From the IMG/VR virus record IMGVR_UViG_3300042010_000106, positions 124,001 through 188,000 of that record: 64,000 nt of DNA; one strand, given 5' to 3'. The notes beneath the pieces are model-generated. The model saw only the letters and a list, made by a program, of their open reading frames with translations, was not told where the DNA came from and ran no database searches. The translations under genes were made by a program, and so were the position numbers. Each line of letters opens with the position of its first letter. Positions within the stretch are counted from its first letter, which is position 1. This document shows positions 40,271-51,000 of this stretch, in pieces.

Positions 40271-42757
40271 TTAGACTTTGTACTTAACCGTGTACGATTC
40301 GCTCAGCGTTCCGCCTTGCAGTGCTGTGTCTTCCTTCTTACGAATCAGCCAATCACGTTCGCCTGTACCGTCATCGTAACGAACAGTAAGAATTTCAGGA
40401 AGATTTGGATCGTATTCAGGGTAGTCCGGGCCGTTAGGGATAATGTCATTACGCAACGCAACACCTTTCCACGTAACAGGAAGGTCTAAAGGCAACACAC
40501 GCAATTCAACGTCTGGCCCTGCGCGCTTATCCCACATCAAATAGATGTAATCGTCTGCTGGTGCAACCGTATCTATTTGAATAGTCGTCGTGCTATTTGG
40601 GACGATTGTGTTTGTCATTACCTTATCGGCAAAGTCCTGAATGCCTGTCCAACGCGTGTAAGGTTTTCCGTATGGTGTTATGTTCGAATTCACGCCGTAA
40701 TCGCGTTCTTCTTGCGTAATTTCCGATTCAATCGGGCCACCAGTGAACAAACGGTTAGCAAACATTGCAACGCCCCAACGCGCAGGACGAATAGGAACTT
40801 CAGTCACTGGCATACACACACCGTCGTAAACTTTCTCTGACGTTGTTGTGGTGCCATCGCTCCATTCTGTGACTGTCCAAGACGCTGTGACAAACGTATC
40901 ACCGCCCGGAACACCACCACTCGTTTGACCCGGTTGGCAATTCACTACTTCAGTAAATGGCGTAACTGTTACAGGTACGATCGGTGTTGCACAATACACT
41001 TTGATTTTAAATGTTCCTGTGCCAGAACTAACAGCACGCAGGCCATCAACTGTACGCAGAATCAATTCAAAATTTTCAGTGGCCGTGGACGTTTTGACAG
41101 TGGTGTTACCCACACGCCACGCAATGGAAACGGAACCGGTTATTTCTACTTCGAATTTCACGTGACCGCGAATGTTTGGAATCGCAAAATCTACGATTAC
41201 GCTATCGCCGCCGTTGAATTGTGTCAGTGGATCGTTGCACGGCAAATGGTTGATTGCCGGACATGTCGCGTTAATCGTCAACTGTTGGTCAGTTGTTAAC
41301 GAAACGATTTTAACCACGCCAGTGCCTGCGTAAAAGAACGTGATGTTTTGGCCCATGCCTTGGAGAACACCGTCTCGATATACAGATACGTCGAGGTTTG
41401 TTGTAATCGTTGTATTTCCCGGCGAGCTGCCGTAACGAACGACCGTATTTGAGAAACTATCAACTGTTTTTTGAGTGCCACAATCCATTACCTCTTCGGT
41501 CGGAATTCGTACCGGGCAAGATGCGCGCATACGGTAATCATTGCCGCGACTTTTGATCACGAAAGAAACGTCTTTATCTACAGCGAATTCGTACGAACCG
41601 GATTCAGTAATTGTTTGAACCACTGTGTGTTCGACAGTTACAGGCGTTCCAGTTAACACGATATCCAGAATCGTCGTGCCATTTACGCCGCCCATGTCGA
41701 GCGTAACGTTTGACCAGCCGGGGAATGTTTCGAGTGTTGTTCCGCAGCTATCCAAAACGTCAGTCGGATCAGGATCGGGCGCGTTGTACGGGCATTTCAC
41801 TTTGACGCTGATTGCACCGTAACCCGTGGTTTCAATTGTCACTTTCCCTTTATCGGGATCGAAGTCATACGAGAATGTCACAGTGCCCGCGTGATTCGAA
41901 AGGACGTAAAAAGGAACGTTGTTTTGACGGAATTCAACACGCACCGTTTCAACTAGCGTTACTTCAATATCAATCGTACCAATTTCTACAGGCAGTTTAA
42001 CTTCCACGCTGCGCGGTGCTTCGTACGCGTATGGTTCTGCACCACACGTGAATTCATACACCGGAACTTCTGGATCAACTGGAATGTATGGGCAAGTGAA
42101 AATGTAATCGACAGAGCCGGTGCCCTGCGTGGTTGCATAAACATCGCCCAATGCCGGATCGTAGAAAAAACTAAACGTTCCGTCACGGTTGGAAGTAATC
42201 GTTTTCAGCAAAGTTTTGTCTTGGAAGAAACGAACTTCTGCTGTGCCAATCACTTCCCAAATAACTTCAACAAAACCCGGTTCATCGCCGAGCAAAATTG
42301 TGTTCTTTTTTACGTATCCTGCTTGGTGCCATTGCTTCCCGCATTTGATCGACGTTTCTTGCAGCGGTGGCGGCTTAACGTTGTTGGGAAGACACAAACT
42401 TTCAGGACAATCCACACGGACATGCACGCGACTGTTAACGCTGTTGCCTTCGTGCGTGATAATGATTTCGTCATTACCGGGTTTTTTATCCAGTGGCGCA
42501 TATTGAAACGTGAACGAACCAACGGCATCGTCCAACGGCGCAGCGGCCACAATTTCATCGAATTGGTGAACGTATAAAGCGTCTTCCGGCGTGTCCCGTT
42601 CATACCAAATAACAACGGGGGCCTGAATCGTTCCCAAAAATAATGAAACTGAGTGCTTTCCCTTACCGCAAAACGTAATCCATTTGCCGCATTCAGCAAT
42701 TGTTTTCGCTACGGGTACGGGGGATTTCGCTACGACTGGAATAGTCGTACAAAGCAT
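40271..42757 (-). CDS. Structural protein with about six Cys-bracketed beta-sandwich repeats
   Basis: Repeats begin xCG and end xCP. Confidence 0.75.
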   Translation of the reverse strand: MLCTTIPVVAKSPVPVAKTIAECGKWITFCGKGKHSVSLFLGTIQAPVVIWYERDTPEDALYVHQFDEIVAAAPLDDAVGSFTFQYAPLDKKPGNDEIIITHEGNSVNSRVHVRVDCPESLCLPNNVKPPPLQETSIKCGKQWHQAGYVKKNTILLGDEPGFVEVIWEVIGTAEVRFFQDKTLLKTITSNRDGTFSFFYDPALGDVYATTQGTGSVDYIFTCPYIPVDPEVPVYEFTCGAEPYAYEAPRSVEVKLPVEIGTIDIEVTLVETVRVEFRQNNVPFYVLSNHAGTVTFSYDFDPDKGKVTIETTGYGAISVKVKCPYNAPDPDPTDVLDSCGTTLETFPGWSNVTLDMGGVNGTTILDIVLTGTPVTVEHTVVQTITESGSYEFAVDKDVSFVIKSRGNDYRMRASCPVRIPTEEVMDCGTQKTVDSFSNTVVRYGSSPGNTTITTNLDVSVYRDGVLQGMGQNITFFYAGTGVVKIVSLTTDQQLTINATCPAINHLPCNDPLTQFNGGDSVIVDFAIPNIRGHVKFEVEITGSVSIAWRVGNTTVKTSTATENFELILRTVDGLRAVSSGTGTFKIKVYCATPIVPVTVTPFTEVVNCQPGQTSGGVPGGDTFVTASWTVTEWSDGTTTTSEKVYDGVCMPVTEVPIRPARWGVAMFANRLFTGGPIESEITQEERDYGVNSNITPYGKPYTRWTGIQDFADKVMTNTIVPNSTTTIQIDTVAPADDYIYLMWDKRAGPDVELRVLPLDLPVTWKGVALRNDIIPNGPDYPEYDPNLPEILTVRYDDGTGERDWLIRKKEDTALQGGTLSESYTVKYKV

Positions 42758-42767
42758 TCAATTCCCC

Positions 42768-43565
42768 TTATGCAAAAATAACAAGTTTCCTGACGTACTC
42801 AGGATAAACTTCGTTCGGACGAATTGGGCAAACACAATCTTCAGCAGCGGCCCAAATCAATTCATCCGGTTGAGGATGTTCTAACAGGGAAACTTCTTTC
42901 TTCATTGTCATGCCTTCAGGGCCGCACGGGCCTTGGCTTGTGGTTGGGCAACTAGGGCCGCACAAACCGCGTTTGCCTTCGAATCCGGGAGGGCCAGCGG
43001 GGCCACGATCACCACGCGGGCCGGTAGGGCCTAATGGCCCGAACATTCCTTGCTGACCTACAGGGCCTTCAATACCGAAATCGCCCATTGGCCCCGGACG
43101 ACCTTCTGCACCATTTGGCCCCGCGCAACCTGTTACACCGTCCGCACCGTCGCGACCGTCTACGCCGTCTTCTTGATCTTTTCCAGAATCACCGCGTGGG
43201 CCTTGTGGGCCAACACCGAAATCTATTTGCCGGAGAAAACTAGAAGCAGTAATTACTTCACCATTCTTTCGAACTATTGTGAAAAGCCCTTTGTCATTGT
43301 CGAAACTGCATTCAGCAATTTGGCGACTTTCACGATCCAAAGGCTTATCGAAATAAACTTCGTCAATGTTCGAACGATACGCCTGTTCACCATCGTAGCC
43401 GGGGGCTTCAATGAGTTGATACGTAGGCGCTTTTAGTTCTTCGCCAGTCTGTGCGGCTTGCACGACTTTTGAGTTCTGTTTCTTTGTGTTCGTAAATACC
43501 GTGCGGCCAATTGGAACCGTCACAGAGTTATTGTCTAACTGCGCAATCGTTAGGGCGTTTGACAT
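42768..43565 (-). CDS. Collagen-like protein (about 29 triplets, Cys-rich C-terminus)
   Basis: Gly-X-Y run with one Q-for-G break. Confidence 0.85.
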   Translation of the reverse strand: MSNALTIAQLDNNSVTVPIGRTVFTNTKKQNSKVVQAAQTGEELKAPTYQLIEAPGYDGEQAYRSNIDEVYFDKPLDRESRQIAECSFDNDKGLFTIVRKNGEVITASSFLRQIDFGVGPQGPRGDSGKDQEDGVDGRDGADGVTGCAGPNGAEGRPGPMGDFGIEGPVGQQGMFGPLGPTGPRGDRGPAGPPGFEGKRGLCGPSCPTTSQGPCGPEGMTMKKEVSLLEHPQPDELIWAAAEDCVCPIRPNEVYPEYVRKLVIFA

Positions 43566-43972
43566 AGATACCCCTCAATCTCTTCAGGTGTTCGCGCACT
43601 GTTTATGCCGCTACGTTTGTATGCGAATAACCGATTCCTTTCGGTCACTTTATCAATCATTTGTTTCTGACTGAGAACGCACGGATACCCACTACGTGTT
43701 ATGTACGTGGCACTCAAGTAGCCGAGTTCATCGTCATAATATTTCACGTTGTTGTGCACGATATAATCAACGTTAACCAATTTCGATAATGCTGTTGCGC
43801 GAAACGCAGGCATGTCGATTGTGATATGCAGTTGATTATCCCGTACAAAAATATCCAGTAATTCGTAGTTGTCACGGCAGTGCGCGAAGGTAGCTTCGTC
43901 GAGTGGAAATGCACGGCCTTCTGGCTCAACGTTTCCTGAAACGAGTCCTCTACCTTCGACGTACCAGTACAT
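43550..43972 (-). CDS. Possible tail-fibre assembly chaperone
   Basis: C-term KRSGINSARTPEEIE resembles fibre-assembly proteins; located next to fibre genes. Confidence 0.45.
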   Translation of the reverse strand: MYWYVEGRGLVSGNVEPEGRAFPLDEATFAHCRDNYELLDIFVRDNQLHITIDMPAFRATALSKLVNVDYIVHNNVKYYDDELGYLSATYITRSGYPCVLSQKQMIDKVTERNRLFAYKRSGINSARTPEEIEGYLCQTP

Positions 43973-46275
43973 TATTTCGGAATCTCAAGTGCGTTAAAAT
44001 TGAGTGTCAGCAATGACGTGAACTGCGAAGTGTTTGCGTTGTTAATCCGCATTTTTGCAACCAGTTCCACATAACCTGTGTTGTGGTTCGACGGATCAAG
44101 TTCAAACATTTGCGTCATGCTGGCGTTGGCATAACCAATTGTGGATTTCGATTGCGAGCCAGTGAACAAACCGGCTGTATTCGTACCACGAATTGCACGA
44201 CCAAAATCAGGCTCTTTCGATTGTGAAGAACGAATCCCCACAACGTATTCCATGTTTTCCGCGCCTTCTGTTGAAACGTAACCCGGCCCGAGTTTCGCGG
44301 CGAAGTCACAAGTCACAAAAATGATGCACGGTTTCGTCAGGTCGATTCGTTGGGTAACGATAATCGTGGCCTGATTCTTTTCAATCTGGTCGATACTCCA
44401 TTTCGTGAACACTGGCGCATTCGGGAAACTTGCGGCGTCAATGCTGATTAGAGCTTGGCCGCTGGACGCATCAATTTGCAGACCTTTACCAACGCTGATT
44501 GCTGGCGCTGGAATTGGAAGCATTACAGCCGGTGCACCGTGGCGCAGCAATGTGATGTTTTTATTCGTCACATAGCCGTCAATAACAATGCCGTTCAAAC
44601 CAGTTGCTTCACTACCCTGCGCTTGAATGTTTTCGAAGATCATTACTTCCACTTCGACGCCTTTTTCAAGCGACTCCGTGAACACCAGACCGTCTTCAAT
44701 CAAAGAGTAGTTTTCTTGGTGTACATGCGCACCAGATTGCGAAACAAATACCTGTTCGATGCTTTGCGGTGTGGTCGGCAACTTCAGGAAGAACGTATCG
44801 CTATCGGTGTTATACAGGCGTGTCACAATCCGCGTGCTGTAGCCGGTATCGTTAACGTATGTCAGACAACGGAATTCAATTGGCAGACCCGCAGCCGGTG
44901 GAGAAATGAAACGAATCTTTTTGGTGATTGCGTCAAACGTGTACGTGGAAACTGGTTGCAGCATGCTCGAAATAAATGCGAAAACATGCGCGGCGCTATC
45001 GACTGCGAAACCGATATCGAATTCAACTGTTTCACCATCGCCAACTGCGTCAATGGTTTTGAACAGTACACGTGTGCCAGTCGAGGGCGAGCGCGTGAAC
45101 ACACGCAAATCAACTGGAATGGTGGACGGCAAAACTTCGGCGAATTCCAATTCAGAACCGTTCAATTCGAAAGCTGTACGGTGCTGCGTTGCCATACCGA
45201 GTGCAGGGTAAATATAGTTTGCGTTTTCCGCAATCAATTCACCGGTGCTGTAACGAGATTGATCACCAGTACCCATAAACGTCAGAGCATTTACTTCAAG
45301 GCGAGTCGGTTTCGTGTACAGCGTTGCAATGATTTTCGATGCTGCTTTCGGCGGTTGCCATGTACCTGTTCCGTCAGGGCCGGGAGTTAATACCCAATCG
45401 TTCGGAATGTTATCGGTAGGTGGCAAACCAGCGCCCGGTGCGCCCGAACCTGTAGAAGTTCCAACCATGCGCCATACAGCAATTGTGCATGTTTGCAGAT
45501 TCGGAATCGGTTGGTTATCAACGTCGCGGAATTCAGCCGCAGCAGTGTTGTAGCGATAACGCCGCGTTTTACCTTCACCGCTACCGGAAACAACGTGAAC
45601 AATTACCTGTTCGTTCGCTGCCCACGATTGGTTAGGGATTTTGAAAGATGTTGCAGTGGCCGACGTTGGAACACCGTTAAAGACGCGTTGGTGTTCGCTA
45701 AAAGCCCATTGAAACGCACCAGCCCCGTAACGCTGAGCGAGTACAGGGCCGTTTGTTCCATCAAAGTGACGCATACCATTCAGAACAGAAATGGCATTGA
45801 ATTCGGAGTTACCCGGTGGTGGCAGACGATACAAAAACGGCGTGGCCGGAATCGAATCATGCTCGCCGATAATCACACTGATTGTAGTCAGGTCGGCGCG
45901 ACTTGTACCGAGAACGACGCTCAAACGCAGCGGTTCATCAGGTTGCAGAATGTATGGCTTTGCAAATACACAACGTGCAAAAGCAATGTTGCCTTCGAAG
46001 AAAATCACCACTTCTTTAACAGTGGTTGGCCCCGCCAGCGAACGGGTATCAACACTCAATACAAAGCGAGCTGTTTTAGCGCTCAAAACTTCGACGTGGT
46101 GAATCTCGCCACCGGTTACGAAATTTCCGACAATGTTCGTGTGCTGTGTGGACGACGGATAAAGGTCTGAATCGCCCATGCGAAAACTTGCAGGGTTAAT
46201 TAAAAGCCCGCCAGCATTCGCATTGTTAATTGCGGATTCGCCCGCATCAAGTAATACCAGCTTATCAACCATCAC
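43972..46275 (-). CDS. Tail-collar/fibre attachment protein
   Basis: N-term LLDAGESAI..FRMGD..VKEVVIF resembles the fibre-attachment domain; GDG..F/VxxQ..Y repeats. Confidence 0.65.
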   Translation of the reverse strand: MMVDKLVLLDAGESAINNANAGGLLINPASFRMGDSDLYPSSTQHTNIVGNFVTGGEIHHVEVLSAKTARFVLSVDTRSLAGPTTVKEVVIFFEGNIAFARCVFAKPYILQPDEPLRLSVVLGTSRADLTTISVIIGEHDSIPATPFLYRLPPPGNSEFNAISVLNGMRHFDGTNGPVLAQRYGAGAFQWAFSEHQRVFNGVPTSATATSFKIPNQSWAANEQVIVHVVSGSGEGKTRRYRYNTAAAEFRDVDNQPIPNLQTCTIAVWRMVGTSTGSGAPGAGLPPTDNIPNDWVLTPGPDGTGTWQPPKAASKIIATLYTKPTRLEVNALTFMGTGDQSRYSTGELIAENANYIYPALGMATQHRTAFELNGSELEFAEVLPSTIPVDLRVFTRSPSTGTRVLFKTIDAVGDGETVEFDIGFAVDSAAHVFAFISSMLQPVSTYTFDAITKKIRFISPPAAGLPIEFRCLTYVNDTGYSTRIVTRLYNTDSDTFFLKLPTTPQSIEQVFVSQSGAHVHQENYSLIEDGLVFTESLEKGVEVEVMIFENIQAQGSEATGLNGIVIDGYVTNKNITLLRHGAPAVMLPIPAPAISVGKGLQIDASSGQALISIDAASFPNAPVFTKWSIDQIEKNQATIIVTQRIDLTKPCIIFVTCDFAAKLGPGYVSTEGAENMEYVVGIRSSQSKEPDFGRAIRGTNTAGLFTGSQSKSTIGYANASMTQMFELDPSNHNTGYVELVAKMRINNANTSQFTSLLTLNFNALEIPK

Positions 46276-46276
46276 T

Positions 46277-46498
46277 TTATTCCTTTGGGTGTGTTACACG
46301 GCACGCGTCACAGTAGTAAACCTGTCGGCGATCATAGATCATTGCCGTGGACATTTTCGCCGGACACTTCGGGCATTGAGAAGGATCAACGTTGGTAAGA
46401 GCGGACGCCGTTGCAACTTCTTGGTTTTCTACTTTTGGTGCAGCCTCAACCTTTTTAGGTGCGGCATTGAACGGGTTAAAAATCTTGCGCTCTGTCAT
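46277..46498 (-). CDS. Small zinc-ribbon protein
   Basis: CPKC...CDAC. Confidence 0.75.
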   Translation of the reverse strand: MTERKIFNPFNAAPKKVEAAPKVENQEVATASALTNVDPSQCPKCPAKMSTAMIYDRRQVYYCDACRVTHPKE

Positions 46499-46554
46499 GT
46501 TTCCCTCTCAAATCAATTGGTTAAACGGCGCAAACATCACGCCGTTTCTATTAG

Positions 46555-46563
46555 TAAATTACG
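46555..46563 (-). promoter_or_regulatory. CGTAATTTA candidate late promoter
   Basis: Overlaps the upstream stop codon; 57 nt before the next ATG. Confidence 0.5.
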
Positions 46564-48028
46564 GTATGCTCCATTTGTTTGTGTATGTGAACGTTAAAGG
46601 TTCGTAAACATACATGTCCGACCATATGTCTGCATTACGCCAGAGCATGGTTTTCGGCAACAAGACAATGGAACTATTAGGCGCAATCACATTGTTTTCT
46701 AATGGATCTTCAGCAGTAATGAAACGCCCGCTGATAACCCGGCTCACATCGAATTCAGCCTGCGTAAATGCGGCTGCTACTGGATCGTACAATGGTTCGG
46801 TAAACGTAACCGTTCCTTTGAAATCCAATTCAACGCGATGATCCTCAAACAAATCATTTGCAAAGCTTGTGGTTGTGGTAATTCCGTACGGGCCAAACTC
46901 TTCGGAATCAACATCCCATATAACGTCTGCATTTGTTCCGTCTGGATCTTTGTTGTATGTGAATTCCGTATCCGTAATCTCGCGTGGGACATCCAGCACA
47001 GCCAACACTTCAGGGCCGCGACCGACAATGCTCACATCGAATATGGATTTGCTATCCACACGCAGGCTAATGTTCAGCGGAGACGTTGCAGTTTGTTTGC
47101 ACATTACCGATAAACGTTCGCCGTTTTCAAAGCCCCATTCAGTTGTGGAACCTTGCTGAGTAATCACGAAATCATCGTTGTGTTCCAGAACGATTTCATA
47201 TTCACCAACGTCGAAATATTCCTGAAGTTCGAACCATTTCCCCTCTTCGTCACGGCCTTGGATAACGAAGTGGTATTCGTGCATTTCTTCTAGGGTTGCT
47301 TTGTTCGGCAATTCAATCGTGCCGGTCATTGCTTCCCCGTACATCTGCCATTCACCCGGCGTTTCAATGTTCACCACCGTTCCGTTTACACGCAGCGGTT
47401 TAGAGGTTGCAGAGATTGCTTGAATGCGAATTGGCGGAATGTAATTCGGGTCACGAATACGAATGTCGATACAGCGATAATCAGACAATTGCCCTGCGTC
47501 TGTCATCAATGCGTACGTGATTGTGTCCCGACCGAAACGCCCATACAAAGAGCTAAACAAAAGCTTTGAATTGTCTGCACTAGGGCGGCAGAAACCTAGA
47601 CCGCCTTGGCTAATACAAATGGGCTTTGTGAACGTTGCAACTTGGTGCTGTTCCGTTCGATCTGTGCCGTATGCAGTTGTAGAAAAGTCGTCGCTTTGAA
47701 TCAGATTCTGCGTTGGTATTTCCAACCATTTCAGGCCGGGGTCAACCAATTGCGTATCCGAGATAAAGAACAGACGACCATTCTTTGGTGCAGTGAAAGT
47801 CACCACGCTTTTGTTGATTGTGTAACCGCCCACCACACGAACGTCATCCAGATAAATTTCGAGATTTTCTGGTGCGTCCGGGGTGAATGGAAGACTCACG
47901 TTTACCTGATTGTTTCCGCTGACTTCGTATTCAAGGGCGAGCCGTTGTCGCCCAATCATTCGAACTTTCAAGTCCATGTATTTGCTTAATGGCTTGACGG
48001 CGCGCAGGTTTGGATTTTGTGCCATCAT
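46559..48028 (-). CDS. Baseplate-associated structural protein
   Basis: Baseplate operon position. Confidence 0.7.
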   Translation of the reverse strand: MMAQNPNLRAVKPLSKYMDLKVRMIGRQRLALEYEVSGNNQVNVSLPFTPDAPENLEIYLDDVRVVGGYTINKSVVTFTAPKNGRLFFISDTQLVDPGLKWLEIPTQNLIQSDDFSTTAYGTDRTEQHQVATFTKPICISQGGLGFCRPSADNSKLLFSSLYGRFGRDTITYALMTDAGQLSDYRCIDIRIRDPNYIPPIRIQAISATSKPLRVNGTVVNIETPGEWQMYGEAMTGTIELPNKATLEEMHEYHFVIQGRDEEGKWFELQEYFDVGEYEIVLEHNDDFVITQQGSTTEWGFENGERLSVMCKQTATSPLNISLRVDSKSIFDVSIVGRGPEVLAVLDVPREITDTEFTYNKDPDGTNADVIWDVDSEEFGPYGITTTTSFANDLFEDHRVELDFKGTVTFTEPLYDPVAAAFTQAEFDVSRVISGRFITAEDPLENNVIAPNSSIVLLPKTMLWRNADIWSDMYVYEPLTFTYTNKWSIP

Positions 48029-51000
48029 GAGAATACAACCTCATAAACTTTCGGGCCGAGTGCCGCTGTTTTAGTGCGATACACGTACCAGTCAAAAGAA
48101 ATGCCGTTTGTTTCGCGACGGATAACCTGTGGATCACCGCTTTCTGTATTCCCTTGCCAATCCCCTTCGGAACCGTTGGACAGCACTTTCGCAGGCCCGA
48201 AGACTGCCGGATAAACAAGCCATCCGTATTCCTCAAAGTTTTCTGTAATTGTGTTATTCACAATCATCAATTGCGATGCAAACAGGTTGTCGATTGGAAC
48301 GTTTAACGGTGCGTCACCATAGAACGGACTGGAACCGAGTACACGAATTTGTTTCGTGCCTTCTACACGTTCGTTATCGACTGTGTACGTTGCTGCAAGT
48401 GTGATGGTTTGGTTTACAACCGGGCCACCTACGCGCAAATCACCGTTGTCGCCGATTTGAACATTGTTCAGGTCTGTCAGCACTTGCCATTGTGCGGTTA
48501 CGATCTTTCCTTGACCGGGATTAATGCCGACATCGGACGTATAAACTTCGGCGCTAAAGCGTTGTGTTTCGCCGAGGTTAATTGTGTCTACGCCAATGAT
48601 TCCAAGGCCGATGTATTGCGCGTCAAGCGGAATAACTGTCACCACCATAGAATCCGTTACGGTGTAGCCTCCGCACGACCAAACAGCAGTCAAAACGAAT
48701 GTGATATCGCCATTTACAAGCGCGGTAACAAAACCGTTTTCGTCAACGCGTACGTCTTCGTTATCAACAGTCCAATCCGAGGAAACCAGCAATTCAGCGG
48801 TGCATTGTTTGAAAAGAATTGCCTGCGAGAAAGAAGCGATTTGTGTGCTGTACATTACCGCGTTACCGATAATGCGACTGGACACAGGAACATCAGGGCC
48901 TTTCTGCATTACGTATTTCACGGTGATTGGATATTCTGCAACTTCTTGGAAGTAAGTTGCTTTCACAATCACTTTCATATCTTCGTCAACGCTTCGGCCT
49001 TGAATCACACCATAACCGGCTACGTCAGCAGCAATGAATTCTGCGTTTGCATCTTCGGTGTAAACTTCCCAAACCGGGTTAACAGTTGCGAAACTTCCGT
49101 CCTCATAAACAGCGGTTGCAGTGAGGATAATTCGTTCGCGGGAATTGACTTCGTTTGCACCAGTGATGAACAGGCCGGTGATGTTATTCGAAGCGCCAAC
49201 AACCACAACTGTTTTAGCTTGTGAAATTGTGCGCCCGCTAACGTCGTATTTGGCGAGTACAGAAACGGTGCTGTCTTGTGGATTGGAAACAACCAATTCA
49301 CCGTCAACAATTGTCGCCCAATCTACAGGCGTTTCAAGATCCCACGTCGGTTCAACTTTCAACACATTGCCATTCGAATATTGCACGTAGGCATCGTATT
49401 GCGCGGCTGTACCTTCGCGTACGGTGTTTTGTCCTGAAACCATTAACGATTGCAGCACGACCGGTGCACGACGAACAGTGACAGGATAAACAACGATTTG
49501 ATCTTCAAATGTTGCGCGAATTTCAATGTCGAGGAAATCCATTACAAGGCCGGTATTCAGCAAACCATTTTCGGAAATGCTGTAGGCCGTGGTAAACCAT
49601 GCCGGGGTGATAACCGTTTTCTGTCCGTTGGAGAATGTTGCAATGCACGTGTACTGGCCTTTCTGTTCCTCAAGCAATTCCTGTGGGCCGAGGATTTCCA
49701 GCGCAGCAACAGTAAGGAATTTCGGACTAACTTTCACGTCTTTGTAAGCCGTCATTGTCAGACCGCGATAGCTATGCGTTGCTTTGATTTCAACATCCGT
49801 TACACCGTGCACAATCTTGGTGTAAACGTCGCCGTTATCAACGATCACAGCAGGACTATTGGTTTCCCAAACAGCGAGAACTTGTGCACTGGTATTGTCC
49901 GAATAAAACGCTGTCGCTGTGAAAGGATAATGACTCGATTCTTCCAAGTCGGTATCGCCTCCAATTACAAAGCCGGTCAGATGGGTGTTAGGATCAACCC
50001 AAATCAGTTTAACCAGTTTCGCACCAACGTATTTCACACCGCCGATTTTGATTTCAACATACAAACCGGCTTCCTGATTCGAAGGCAAAGTTTTAACAAC
50101 CAATTGCCCGCCAATCATCGACGCATAAGGACTCGTTACTTTGATATCGCCTTTGATTTCCACGGCGCCATCTGCTGTGTGAGCGATCAACATGTAATCG
50201 CCAGCTTCACCGCCTTTCAGCGAATCAGGGCCGTGAATTTCAACCAGCGAAACGTCAACCATGCCACGGCGAACAGTAACGTTTTTGGTGTAAATCAAAC
50301 CTTTCACTGTCGCGTTAATTGTCACCAGTGTATCGGTGTCGAATCCGCTAAACGAAATGGTATTTCCGTTGAATACAACTTGCTGCGGATGGCTGGTAGT
50401 CCATTTGGAAACAACGGCTACCGCACCCTTTGCAGTCATTACGCCGAAGTCAGCCGATTCGTTATTGTCGATTTCATCAGGGCCGACAATGTGCATATCC
50501 ACGTTTTCGAAAACGTATTCAGGGTCTGCAATCAACCGGCGTACAGGCTGCTTGTAAACGAACCCGTAAATGCCGAAGTCTTCCGTGTTTTCAACTTCAA
50601 TCAAAAAGAAGAATTGATCGACCACGATATTGATTGGAGCAAGCTGATAAAACGCAGAAAGGAACCGGTCTTTCAACGTGGTTCCTTCCGGTAGGCTCAT
50701 TTCCTGATCGTCTGCAACCTTCTGCATTTCCAAAACAATGTGCGTGGTTTTGTACCACGTACCACCGTCGATGCGCAGGGCACCGAACGGGGTTTCGTAG
50801 AAGTCTGCATAATCCTCGGTGTAAAGGTCGCGCACAACAACTCGACGACCCAACACAAAAGAGATTGCACGGTAAGCGCTTTCCAATCCTAACACTTGAT
50901 GCAGCAGCGGAATCATGTAAACGGAATTAAACAAACGTTCCGGTTCCACAATCATATCTTGAGGAATGGTGATACCCATATCCTGCAAAGCTTGCTGCAC

